The position numbers were made by a program, and so were the translations under genes. From Candidatus Uhrbacteria bacterium (GTDB lineage: Bacteria > Patescibacteriota > Patescibacteriia > UBA9934 > UBA10169): 64,000 nucleotides of DNA. Shown piece after piece: positions 38,052 through 47,727 of the stretch. Position 1 is the first letter of the stretch, and each line of letters starts with the position of its first letter. The DNA lies in NCBI GenBank assembly GCA_016187485.1, contig JACPJO010000002.1, positions 27,912-91,911 on the forward strand, given 5' to 3'. Below the pieces are notes generated by a model, which ran no database searches, had not been told where the DNA came from, and worked only from the letters and a program-made list of their open reading frames with translations.

Positions 38052-39482
38052 TTAGTAGGCTCCCTTGCGAAAGATGACGACGAAGGGAGTTTTCATGAGA
38101 ATTTTGAGGTCAAGCCACGGGGACCAATGCTCCATGTAGAACGTATCTAAGCGCATTTCTTCTTCGAAATCAAGATCGGAGCGACCACTGATTTGCGCCA
38201 GCCCCGTCATTCCCGGACGGATGGTGTGGACCTTGCGGTGATGCGGAAGGTACTTGTCCACCTCGCGTGGCTGGTGTGGCCGCGGCCCCACCAGGCTCAT
38301 GGAGCCGGAGAGTATGTTGAACAGTTGTGGCAGTTCATCCAAAGAGTATTTGCGGATCTTTTGTCCAAAAGGGGTGACGCGTGGATCGTTGGCGATTTTA
38401 TAGACGGGCCCATGCTTCATGTTTTGTTTGCGGATAAGTTCCTCCTCCATCTTCTCGGCACGCGCTTGATTGCCGAGGCCTTTCTGCGATCCGATGCTGT
38501 ACTCGGCTCGCATGGAGCGAAATTTGAAGGTGAGGAACCGCCGCCCACCTTCTCCCACGCGCTCGTTTTTGAAGAGGATGGGCCGCCCACTTTCAAAAAG
38601 AATGCAGATCGTGATGAACAGCAGGGTGGGAGAGAAAAGGATGACGAGCACGAGAGCCAGCAGGATATCGAACCCGCGTTTGTAAATAGCCCCCCATCCA
38701 TCCAGAGGCGTTTTCTTCACGGTCATAAGAGGGACACCCGCAATGGTGGATGCGTCCACACGGAGCGAGCCTACGGTGAACAAGTCAGCGGAGTAGCGGA
38801 GGTCGAGATGTTCTACGTCGGAAAAACTCCGCAGGCGGGACAGCGTCTCGCGGCTTGCGTTGGGGTCCGTCAAAATAATCTCGTCGATGGCGCTACGGCG
38901 GGCCAACTGCATCAGCGTTTTCTCCGTTTCGTCTCCAAATGCGTCAAACGTTCCTACAACACGGATACCATAGCGGCGCCGTGTCTCAAATGTCTGACGA
39001 AGCACTTCGCCCGTCTCTCCGTTACCGATGAGAACGGCGCGCCGCATGCCGATCCCCAAAAAGAGAAGGGAATTTTGTATGCCACGGATCAGCAGGCGCT
39101 CCGTCCACACGAGGGTGACGGCTAAGCCCCAGCCGACCAAAATAATGAATCGGGATTCAAATGCCTCGAGGGTAAAAAAGAGAAGGGCGAAGATGACGGC
39201 CATTGCAGAGGCGCTCGCAAACAGAGTTGTTTGTACATCTTCCGCAAGACGTCGGCGAGAGGTGCGGTAAGCTCCAGCGAAGGCAAAAATAATAACCCAC
39301 AGCACTACAGCGGGGAGTGCAAGCTGGCTGTAGCGTTCGAGGGTAAGGTCGAAAATGACTGGTCGCCACTCGGTAAAGAAGGGGAGAAGGCGTACATGAT
39401 AAGCCGCGAGCGCGCCGGCAAAAATAGCCAGGGCATCCATGGGCACGAGGAGAGCCGTAAAAAACAAATCCGGGCGTTTCAT
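38052..39482 (-). CDS. Polyprenyl-phosphate glycosylphosphotransferase (WcaJ/WbaP family)
   Basis: KRGFDI, FKFRSM, DPRVT, SLDELPQL, MSLVGPRP, PGMTGLAQ. Confidence 0.94.
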   Translation of the reverse strand: MKRPDLFFTALLVPMDALAIFAGALAAYHVRLLPFFTEWRPVIFDLTLERYSQLALPAVVLWVIIFAFAGAYRTSRRRLAEDVQTTLFASASAMAVIFALLFFTLEAFESRFIILVGWGLAVTLVWTERLLIRGIQNSLLFLGIGMRRAVLIGNGETGEVLRQTFETRRRYGIRVVGTFDAFGDETEKTLMQLARRSAIDEIILTDPNASRETLSRLRSFSDVEHLDLRYSADLFTVGSLRVDASTIAGVPLMTVKKTPLDGWGAIYKRGFDILLALVLVILFSPTLLFITICILFESGRPILFKNERVGEGGRRFLTFKFRSMRAEYSIGSQKGLGNQARAEKMEEELIRKQNMKHGPVYKIANDPRVTPFGQKIRKYSLDELPQLFNILSGSMSLVGPRPHQPREVDKYLPHHRKVHTIRPGMTGLAQISGRSDLDFEEEMRLDTFYMEHWSPWLDLKILMKTPFVVIFRKGAY

Positions 39483-39531
39483 ATGATGGTGCTTATGATA
39501 CCGCAAGGCCCCGCATGAAGCGAGGCCTGGG

Positions 39532-40014
39532 GCCGGGAAACGTATAAGCCGAATTCTGTTCTCCCATCACTCTTTGCAGAGCGTTAGGAGAGGTGACTAT
39601 CTATCTTGACTGCTCATTGCTGAACAGCTCCGCATGATCCTTGCGAACCATGCACGCGAGCGACCAAATTTGCTCTTGCACCGAAAAGGGTTTACCACAC
39701 CTCTGCGTCACCGCAGGGCGAATCGCGTAGCCCCGAAGGACATCGCGAAACTTTTCACGTTTCCCCCTACATAGCTCCGTGAGGAGCGACGTGGGGTAGT
39801 ATTGTCTCTGTGACACTTTCCCTAGAGTTCTCTCTGAGCCCGAAGAGCAATCTCTCCGGCAAAGCCGGATCCGGCTTTGCCGGACAGCTCCTCGATTCCA
39901 GATTTCCTCTGGCCGCCGTTAGCGGCTTTTCTTGTCTTCCTCTCTTGCGAAAGGGTAGGGTGTTCGGACTTTCCTCTCCCGCTTTTAACAGGAGCAGTCA
40001 CCGCGTTTCCTGGC
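39532..40014 (-). ncRNA. rnpB: RNase P RNA (expanded)
   Basis: GAGGAAAGTCC...ACAGAATTCGGCTTA P4 signature; GGAAAGTGTCACAGAGA, GGTAAACCC, GCAAG; P1 GCCAGGAAACG/CGTTTCCCGGC. Confidence 0.93.
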
Positions 40015-40062
40015 GTGGCAGAAGATACTACACTTTAGAGACTTTGTCCATACCTCACAAGA

Positions 40063-41043
40063 TTACAATCGGATGCCGAGCACTTCACGCACCGCTCCCA
40101 TCTTTTTTTCTGCCAGTTCCTTTGCGCGGGCGGAGCCGTCGCGGAGCACGCCCACCAGATGCGCGGGGTCAGCCCGCAGAGCAAGATATTTTTCGCGAAT
40201 GGGTTGCAGGAATTCCACGAGCGTATCGGCCAGAGTCCCTTTGAATTCTTTATACCCTTTGCCGTCAAACGACTGCACAACCTCTTTTGGCGTCATGCCG
40301 GTAATTTCGGCCATGATGGTAACCAGGTTGCTTACTCCGGGCCGCTTTGCCGGCGCGAAGTCGATGGTCCCTTCCGAGTCTGTGACGGCGGCGGCGATCT
40401 TTTTGCGCACAGTGCCTTCATCGTCTGTGAGGGCGATGTAGTTTTTTGGACTCCCTGCGGATTTGGACATTTTCGTGGTTGGGTCATCAAGCCCCATAAT
40501 CCGCGCGCCGGTTTTTTTGATGAGCGGAGTGGGCATGGCGAATGTTTCTCCGAACATTTTGTTGAACCGTTCCGCCAGGTCGCGCGCAAGCTCCACGTGC
40601 TGTTTTTGGTCCTCGCCCACGGGCACATAGTCGGTATCGTAGAGGAGAATGTCGGCCGCCATAAGCATAGGGTAGGAAAGGAGGCCGACGGACGCGGAAG
40701 TGTTCTTCCCCTTATCTTTAAACTGTGTCATGCGCTCCGCCTCGCCCAGTCTGGTGAGGCACATCAAAATCCATCCCAGCTCTGTGTGCTCGTGCACTTG
40801 GGACTGCTGGAAGATGGTGGCTTTCTTGGGATCGAGACCTGCAGCCAGATAGATGGCCGTGGCATTCAGTAAGTGGTCGTGGAGTTCACGCGGCTCAAAT
40901 GGAACCGTCATGGCATGGTAGTCCACCAAAAAATAGAAAGCTTCCGTCTCGTGCTGAAGCTTCACGAATTGCGAAATCGCGCCAATATAATTCCCGATAT
41001 GCACGATACCGGTGGGCTGGATGGCCGAAAGAGAGCGTGGCAT
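40063..41043 (-). CDS. trpS: Tryptophan-tRNA ligase
   Basis: IQPTG, HIGNY, YPMLMAADIL, VGEDQKQH, KMSKS. Confidence 0.97.
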   Translation of the reverse strand: MPRSLSAIQPTGIVHIGNYIGAISQFVKLQHETEAFYFLVDYHAMTVPFEPRELHDHLLNATAIYLAAGLDPKKATIFQQSQVHEHTELGWILMCLTRLGEAERMTQFKDKGKNTSASVGLLSYPMLMAADILLYDTDYVPVGEDQKQHVELARDLAERFNKMFGETFAMPTPLIKKTGARIMGLDDPTTKMSKSAGSPKNYIALTDDEGTVRKKIAAAVTDSEGTIDFAPAKRPGVSNLVTIMAEITGMTPKEVVQSFDGKGYKEFKGTLADTLVEFLQPIREKYLALRADPAHLVGVLRDGSARAKELAEKKMGAVREVLGIRL

Positions 41044-41097
41044 ACGAACAGGAGTATAACACAAAGCGAGGTTTCAAACCTCGCTTTTGTTTCCCTT

Positions 41098-42924
41098 TTA
41101 TACCTCAATGATCACGGGCAAAATCATGGGCCGGCGTTCGGTATGCTGGAAGATGAACGTGCCCAAATCATTACGCAGGGTATTCTTCACATGCTCGAAG
41201 TCTGCAGCATTCGGTGCGGCATGGTTGTTCACGATGGTGCGCACTTTATCACGCAGATCATCCACAAATCGTTTCTGATCCTTCATGAAGATAAACCCAC
41301 GGCTGATGATGTCCGGCGATCCTACAAGCTTGCCGGTCTTTGAAGCAATCTGCGTGATCACAATGACCATGCCGTCTTCGGCAAGCACTTGTCGGTCGCG
41401 GAGCACCACCTGCGAAACGTCGCCCACGCCAAGCCCGTCTACAAAGACGTAGTCGGCAGGCAGACGTTCTTCCGTGAGCCGTCCTTCTCCAAGCTCGCCC
41501 GGTTTCTGTGATTTCTGGAATTCGGCTACTTGGCCGTTGTCCACCACAAAGACTCGTTCCTCGGGCCAGCCAAGCGAGTACGCCACTTCGGCGTTCTCGC
41601 GGAGCAAGAAGTGGTTCCCCTCAATCGGAATATAGTATTTCGGTTTGAAGAGAGAGAGCATGAGCTTGATGTCTTCTTTGTGTGCATGACCGCCAGCGTG
41701 CACATCCATCATGGCGTAGTGCACAACACGTGCTCGCTTACGATAGAGAACATCTTTGAGACGCTGAACCGAGCGCTCATTTCCCGGAATGACGGACGAA
41801 GAGAAGACCACCGTATCGCCCGGAATGATGCGTACACTCCGATGCTCATCGTTGGCGATGCGCATAAGGGCGGCATTGCGCTCTCCCTGCGCGCCGGTAC
41901 ACACCACAACGATTTTTTCTTTGGGGTAGTCATCTACCTGTTCAATAGGGATGAAGGTCTTCATGGATGCTTTGATGTAGCCCAACTCTTTAGCGATCTC
42001 CACGTTTGTTTTCATGGAGTAGCCGTCGAGCGCCACTTTCTTACCCTGCTTTTCCGCGATCTCGATGATTTGTTTCACACGCGAGAGAAGCGAGGCAAAC
42101 GTCCCGATGATGAGCCGCCCCGGCGCCTTTTCAATGAGGTGCTCCAGGGTAGCGCCGATTTCCCGCTCGCTCACTTGGTGTCCCGGTACGGACGCGTTTG
42201 TGGAGTCTCCCATCAGACAAAGCACGCCTGCCTTGCCGATTTCGGCAATGCGCTGAAAGTCGGCGGGCGCGGTCCCCACGGGGTGGAAATCAAATGTCCA
42301 GTCGCCGGTGTGGCACACGTTGCCGGCCGGGGTTTCCAAGAGCACGCCGGCAGAGTCAGGGATGTTGTGGTTGATGTGGAAGAGCGACACGCGGATAGCC
42401 CCAAGCTGGATGGGCTCTCCGATCTTGATTTGGTGAAGTTTCAAGGGCGGCGTCTTAAAATCAAGCTGGCGTTTTTTGATAATGCCAAGTGTGATGGGTA
42501 GTCCGTAGATAGGAGGATTTCCTACGCCAGGGATTGTGTGCGGAATAGCGCCGATGTGGTCGTAGTGGCCATGCGTGATGATGACGCCACGGATGTTTTT
42601 TTCCTTCCCTTTGAGGTAGGACATGTTGGGAATGATATAGTCCACGCCCGGCATGTCTTCCTCGGGGAATTGAAGGCCCATGTCTACCAGAACGATGTCG
42701 TTTCCGTACTCGAACATGGTGCAGTTACGGCCGACCTCCTCGCATCCGCCGAGTACGGCGATGCGCAGACGGTCAGTGGGTGCCTTGGTTTGAGGCACGG
42801 ACGGCGCCGATCGCGGGGCCTCGATGAACGTACGGCCGCCCCGGCGCGGCTTGAATGAAGGCCGTCCCTGCGGTCGCCCTCGACGGTTGTGTGAAGATGG
42901 ATGAGATGAATGCGGTTGCATCAT
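41098..42924 (-). CDS. rnj: Ribonuclease J
   Basis: LGGCEEVGRN, THGHYDHIGA, HTGDW, TGAQGE, HAGGH, RRPMILPVI. Confidence 0.96.
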   Translation of the reverse strand: MMQPHSSHPSSHNRRGRPQGRPSFKPRRGGRTFIEAPRSAPSVPQTKAPTDRLRIAVLGGCEEVGRNCTMFEYGNDIVLVDMGLQFPEEDMPGVDYIIPNMSYLKGKEKNIRGVIITHGHYDHIGAIPHTIPGVGNPPIYGLPITLGIIKKRQLDFKTPPLKLHQIKIGEPIQLGAIRVSLFHINHNIPDSAGVLLETPAGNVCHTGDWTFDFHPVGTAPADFQRIAEIGKAGVLCLMGDSTNASVPGHQVSEREIGATLEHLIEKAPGRLIIGTFASLLSRVKQIIEIAEKQGKKVALDGYSMKTNVEIAKELGYIKASMKTFIPIEQVDDYPKEKIVVVCTGAQGERNAALMRIANDEHRSVRIIPGDTVVFSSSVIPGNERSVQRLKDVLYRKRARVVHYAMMDVHAGGHAHKEDIKLMLSLFKPKYYIPIEGNHFLLRENAEVAYSLGWPEERVFVVDNGQVAEFQKSQKPGELGEGRLTEERLPADYVFVDGLGVGDVSQVVLRDRQVLAEDGMVIVITQIASKTGKLVGSPDIISRGFIFMKDQKRFVDDLRDKVRTIVNNHAAPNAADFEHVKNTLRNDLGTFIFQHTERRPMILPVIIEV

Positions 42925-43020
42925 AAAAGAATAGACTCAAGTTTCATGAAACTCACGAATGACTTTTGTCTGCGCTTGTGACGGACACAAGAGAAAGCAA
43001 AAGGTATCTTGAAGCGCCCG

Positions 43021-43118
43021 GACCAGCTTAGCTGGTCTCCCCTCGCTTAGCTTTGCGCTTGTTGGTTTAAGCAAAGCTGAGCTTTGCTCTGACGGGGACC
43101 AACCGAGCTAAGCTCGGT
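43021..43118. repeat. Cluster of REP-like hairpins 3' of tRNA-Leu
   Basis: GACCAGC-TTA-GCTGGTC; GCTTAGCTTTGC/GCAAAGCTGAGC; ACCGAGC-TAA-GCTCGGT. Confidence 0.6.
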
Positions 43119-43204
43119 GGTGCGGATGGAGAGACTCGAACTCTCAAGCCATTGCTGGCACGGGCTTCTGAGGCCCGCGCGTATACCAATTCCGCCACAT
43201 CCGC
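43118..43204 (-). tRNA. tRNA-Leu(CAG)
   Basis: GCGGATG...CATCCGC-ACCA, anticodon loop CTCAGAA, long variable arm. Confidence 0.96.
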
Positions 43205-43367
43205 TCATTACGAAAGCTCTTAAAATAGCGATCTGTCGGCGCGCGCCGAGACATCTCATCTATTTTAAAAGCTTTCGTATCCTCTTTTTATTTCGGCGTA
43301 CGTCCTCCTCGTGCATTTTTCTCTCCACAAAGGGTGCTCGTGAGAGCATCAACAAGACTATGGTACG

Positions 43368-45176
43368 TTAAAAGCCGTTTTTTGTCAATAAACCTGGTCT
43401 GAACACGCGTTTTGTTCGCACGAACCATCCTTCGACGCGATTAAAGCGGTCGGCCGGAGTCGTGATGCGCGGGAGGTCATTTCCTTTGATCTTTGCCGCA
43501 GTAGCGTAGAGGTAGTCCGGTTGTACCAAAAACAAGGCCGGCAGGTCTTCTTTGATGGATGTTTCCACAATGGTGTAGGCTTCGGTGCGTTTTTGGGCAT
43601 CCGAACTTGCTCGGGCTGTTTCAAGCGCATCGTCCACCTTGCGATTCGCGTAGCCGGGTAGGTTCACTCCTGGGTCAGCGGCTTGCGAGGAATGCCAGAA
43701 GGGGAATGGGTCGGGATCCACGCCGTAGAGGATACCCGTCAAAAGCATCTGGTAGGCGCGTGGTTTAATGACGGCGCTCCCAAGTTCTGCCGGTTGGACG
43801 GCGCGTATGGTTACACGCACGCCGATCTCTTGCCATAGGTCTTTGAGGAGGGCGGCAAGTGTTGCGAAATCCGCGGTGTCCGGATACACAAGCTCGATTT
43901 CCAGCAACTCGGCTTCTGCGTCTTCATCTATATTTTTTGCACGCACGCCAGTCGTTTCATCAACCGCCCACTTTGCCGTGTCCAACTTTGTTCGTGCCTC
44001 TTCGAGATTTTGCTCTGTGGGAGTGCTTGCGGGGAGAAACGTGTCGGCAACGATGGGGCCGCTGAGCGCCTTCGCGAATCCTCCGTACACATTCTCTACG
44101 ATTGCCTTGCGGTTCACGGCAAGATCAAGAGCTTGTCGAACAGCGAGTTCTTTGAGCGCGGGTTGTGTTGTTTGGTTGAAGAAGATATTAATCTGCTGGG
44201 GGATGGTAGGGCGGAGAAGGCGAATAGCGCGTCCGTCAAGTTTCCGCGCGCTTTCTTGCGGAAGAAATGCGGCACCCTCGACCTGCCGGCCTTCAAGCGC
44301 GCTGACGAGCGCATTCAGGTTGTCGTAAAATTTAAAGGTGATGCGTTCAAGGGACGGACGATTTCCGTAGAACGCCGGAAAACGCTGGAGCGTATAACTG
44401 CGGATGGACCCGTTCTGATCCTTTGTAAATTTCTCAAACCGATACGGTCCATTCCCGACCGGTTGGGTGTTCAAATTCACGAGGCTTGCGCGGCGCGGCA
44501 GTATTCCCTCCCAAATGTGCGCAGGCAAGATTCCTACGGTAAGCGTGCTCAAAAAAGGAGCGAACGGTTCGGAGAGGGTGAACCGAACGGTGAGGTCGTC
44601 TACCGCCTCTACTTTTACGCTTCGAAATGTAACAGAGAGGGGGCTCAAGTATTCCGGGTTTGCTATGGCCTGGAATGTGAAGACAACATCTTGCGCGTTC
44701 AGGGCCTCTCCGTCGTGCCAGAGAGTATTCTCGCGTAAATTAACCACGTAGGCCTTACCGTCTTCTTCCACCGTGTAACTTTTTGCGAGGTCACCAATGA
44801 GGCCCGAGGCAGAATCGAAAATGAACAGGCCGCGGAATAACAAGCGCGTGAGGTCCGCGTCCACGGCGCTTGCCGAAGCGTAGAGGGGATTTAAAAACTG
44901 CGGCTCGCCTACAAGTCCTTCTGTATAGTCGCCGCCAACGGCGGGAAGAGAGACTTGGTGGGTGAGAATGTATACGCCAATGAGCAACAAGAAGGAAAAG
45001 ATGGCACCCGCACTTGCGAGCCGCACCAAAAACCGCTCGCCTGGCGAGAGGAGGCGTGGAAGTTGTCGCCACTGGGAAAGGGAAGGCACCGTTCCTTTGC
45101 GCGCAACGCGATAGACGTGCTCCGCCGTGAGATCCGGCGTCTTTCTGTCACGAGGAAACAACGGAGGGAAGTTCAC
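43368..45176 (-). CDS. Family 5 (peptide) ABC transporter substrate-binding protein
   Basis: LNPLY, GDLAKSY, WHDG..L.AQDVVFT, PVGNGPYRF, DPFPFWHSSQ; start uncertain (GTG 45176). Confidence 0.88.
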   Translation of the reverse strand: MNFPPLFPRDRKTPDLTAEHVYRVARKGTVPSLSQWRQLPRLLSPGERFLVRLASAGAIFSFLLLIGVYILTHQVSLPAVGGDYTEGLVGEPQFLNPLYASASAVDADLTRLLFRGLFIFDSASGLIGDLAKSYTVEEDGKAYVVNLRENTLWHDGEALNAQDVVFTFQAIANPEYLSPLSVTFRSVKVEAVDDLTVRFTLSEPFAPFLSTLTVGILPAHIWEGILPRRASLVNLNTQPVGNGPYRFEKFTKDQNGSIRSYTLQRFPAFYGNRPSLERITFKFYDNLNALVSALEGRQVEGAAFLPQESARKLDGRAIRLLRPTIPQQINIFFNQTTQPALKELAVRQALDLAVNRKAIVENVYGGFAKALSGPIVADTFLPASTPTEQNLEEARTKLDTAKWAVDETTGVRAKNIDEDAEAELLEIELVYPDTADFATLAALLKDLWQEIGVRVTIRAVQPAELGSAVIKPRAYQMLLTGILYGVDPDPFPFWHSSQAADPGVNLPGYANRKVDDALETARASSDAQKRTEAYTIVETSIKEDLPALFLVQPDYLYATAAKIKGNDLPRITTPADRFNRVEGWFVRTKRVFRPGLLTKNGF

Positions 45177-45192
45177 ACGTGAGGGGCACGCT

Positions 45193-45414
45193 TTATGAGA
45201 GGAGAATCTGTGCCAGAGCAACACCGAAAAACAGGATAGCAAGAGCAATGGTTATTTGGTGTAAGCGCTTTTCTGCGCCGCGACGCTCATGCGCCACGAC
45301 ATCTTCACCGCCAAAGGCGGCGCCCAGGCCCGCGCTCTTGGGCTGAAGCAAGACGGCGGCAACGAGCAAGACGGCGAGAATCGCTTGGGAAATCCACAGG
45401 ATAGTCGAAATCAT
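45193..45414 (-). CDS. secG: Preprotein translocase subunit SecG
   Basis: VLLQPKSAGLGAAFGG, RRGAEKRL, two TMs. Confidence 0.93.
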   Translation of the reverse strand: MISTILWISQAILAVLLVAAVLLQPKSAGLGAAFGGEDVVAHERRGAEKRLHQITIALAILFFGVALAQILLS

Positions 45415-45598
45415 AGTGGCTCCATGCTAATGCAAACAGAGCTTTACGTCAACGCGCTGTTGCAGTTTTACGTCCGGCAAAACGTTTCATGCCGCGGCCA
45501 GACACGCGCATGCGCGGGGTGCGTTTCGTGTCGCGGCGCTTGGTGTGTTCTTCCATGCGTCGTGTCGCGCGATCCTCCATATGATACCATGGTACCAC

Positions 45599-46318
45599 AT
45601 GGAGGATTCCAAGCGCTGGCTCCCGATTGTCGTGACGGGCATCTTGCTTTTGCTTGCGGGATTGTTTGTGCTTCGCGTCGTCGTTTTTTACAGCCAGATT
45701 CGCAAAGGCGACGACCAACAGCGTTCTTTCGGCGCGTCCGCCGAGCTCACACGCTCGCCCGCGCTGGCGGCAGCGATCCGTTCCACTCCCGCAGATGAAG
45801 TGTATAGCGTGGAGGACGACGATGACCCCATGCTTGGGGGCAAGGACGCACGGCTCACTATTGTGGAGTTTGCCGACTTTGGCTGCCCGTACTCGCGCAA
45901 GGCCTCGTCATCCATGCGCGCCCTTGCACTTACCTACGGCGAGAACATCCGCTATATCTATCGCGATTTTCCGATCACCGAGATTCATCCCGACGCGTTT
46001 TTAGCGGCGCAGGCAGGACAATGTGCCAACGAGCAGGATAAGTTCTGGGTCTATCACGACGCACTCTACCAACACCAAGAGGACCTTTCTCGCGCGGCGC
46101 TCCGTTCGTATGCACAGGCGGTAGGGATGGATGTCGGAGCATTTGATCGTTGTCTTGCCAGTGGGCGCTACCGCCAGGAAGTGGAAAAAGATTACGCGGA
46201 AGGTGTGGCGGCGGGCGTCGTGGGAACACCCACATTCTTTTTCAATGGGCGCCGTGTGGAAGGAGCCATCCCCCTCGAGATTCTTCGTTCGCTCATAGAC
46301 ACTTTTCTTAAGGTATGA
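45599..46318 (+). CDS. Membrane-anchored DsbA-family thioredoxin (CPYS active site)
   Basis: DDPMLG, IVEFADFGCPYS, YRDFP, GTPTFFFNG. Confidence 0.88.
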   Translation: MEDSKRWLPIVVTGILLLLAGLFVLRVVVFYSQIRKGDDQQRSFGASAELTRSPALAAAIRSTPADEVYSVEDDDDPMLGGKDARLTIVEFADFGCPYSRKASSSMRALALTYGENIRYIYRDFPITEIHPDAFLAAQAGQCANEQDKFWVYHDALYQHQEDLSRAALRSYAQAVGMDVGAFDRCLASGRYRQEVEKDYAEGVAAGVVGTPTFFFNGRRVEGAIPLEILRSLIDTFLKV

Positions 46319-47646
46319 GAGCGCTCATCTCTCTGCTTTTCTTTCTCTCCTTCGCCCTGCCCGTGCAGGCGGCGGATCCGGCAGGGACTTGCCGGTGTTG
46401 GTGCGGGTCGACCGCGGGCGCTATTGAGTATGGCGTGTATCGTCCGGATGAAACGGAGTGTTTGAACCTCTGCAAGAGCATCAACCAGAGGTACTTGGGT
46501 TGTGTTGCGGAGGAAGACATTTCTCCTTTGGAGAACCTACGCTGTTGGTCTGCGCAAGAGTGCACACAAACCAATGCGGCGACGGGGAATCCGTCGGGAA
46601 TTTTTGATGATACACAGCCAACCGAATGCATGCCCGGATTCCGTTACTGTTTTCCCTATCCCGAACCGATTCCTCTTAGCGTGCATTTTGGGGACAAGAC
46701 GTTTGTTTATGGGATTGGCGGGTACACCGCGACCGTGTATCGCTGGCTTATAGGCGCTGCAGCTGTCTTTGCTGTCATCATGCTCATGGCAGGCGGCATA
46801 CAATATATGCTGGCGGGCGGGAGCGGGAACGTAAAAGAAGCGAAGGATCGCATGAAAAACGCCATCATCGGTTTTGTCATTCTTCTTTCAAGCTATCTCT
46901 TATTGCTCACGGTAAATCCGCAAACGTTATCCTTGCGCTTACCGTCTTTGCCGAAAATCCGCCCGCTCATCGTCGCAGACGGGAACCAGTCATGCGAGGC
47001 GTACCAGAATGCCAAATACCACGTGGAGGTAAACGGGAGCCAATTTTTCAGCGGGCTGTCTTGTGGCAGAAAAGGATCGGTAACGAAAGGACCCGACGGC
47101 GCGCAGCTTTCAGAGGAGACATCGTGTTTTTTCCGCGCGTGTACGCAAGCATCCATGACGGCAGCGGGGGAGACCTGTGCGATCGATACGACCGAAGAGA
47201 CCGGCTCGTGCATGACATGCGCGGATATTACGGCTGGCCAGACGGCAACACCGGGAGTGCTTGCCTCTCCCTCGTTGTGCAGCGGTTTATCGCAACTCGC
47301 CGGAGGATCGGGAAGCCGAGAACTTTGCCTCTATGTCCCCGCCGCTCCCGAGGAGAAGTTTCCGGACGGGTATTGCGGAAGTTTGACGCTCGACTGCAAC
47401 GCCATTGAAGACTGCGAAGATTACGGAGACCTCGTCCCGTACAATTCTGTGGTAGAACAGGTGGTGTCTACGCATACAGCCGTTACTATTGCCGCTGACC
47501 TTGAGGGCCTTTCAGAAAAAACGGGGCGCGAGGGAGAACCGCTTGCCGGTGTGTGCACAGACGATCCGTGCAACCTTGCGGCGGAAGGAAAACGCTGTGG
47601 CGTGCGCGTGACAGGGAATGATGTTTCGTGCGTCACAAATCCCTGA
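46315..47646 (+). CDS. VirB2/TrbC-like pilin with Cys-rich extracellular domains
   Basis: Signal peptide; AGGIQYMLAGG...AKDRMKNAIIG...TVNP pilin core; 26 Cys. Confidence 0.8.
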   Translation: MRALISLLFFLSFALPVQAADPAGTCRCWCGSTAGAIEYGVYRPDETECLNLCKSINQRYLGCVAEEDISPLENLRCWSAQECTQTNAATGNPSGIFDDTQPTECMPGFRYCFPYPEPIPLSVHFGDKTFVYGIGGYTATVYRWLIGAAAVFAVIMLMAGGIQYMLAGGSGNVKEAKDRMKNAIIGFVILLSSYLLLLTVNPQTLSLRLPSLPKIRPLIVADGNQSCEAYQNAKYHVEVNGSQFFSGLSCGRKGSVTKGPDGAQLSEETSCFFRACTQASMTAAGETCAIDTTEETGSCMTCADITAGQTATPGVLASPSLCSGLSQLAGGSGSRELCLYVPAAPEEKFPDGYCGSLTLDCNAIEDCEDYGDLVPYNSVVEQVVSTHTAVTIAADLEGLSEKTGREGEPLAGVCTDDPCNLAAEGKRCGVRVTGNDVSCVTNP

Positions 47647-47727
47647 GAGGGACCGGCTCTTGCCAGAAAGAAAATTGTTTGTTATCGTTGCGGGCGATTT
47701 TCGTTTGCCTTTTGTTTTCCTTGTTAC

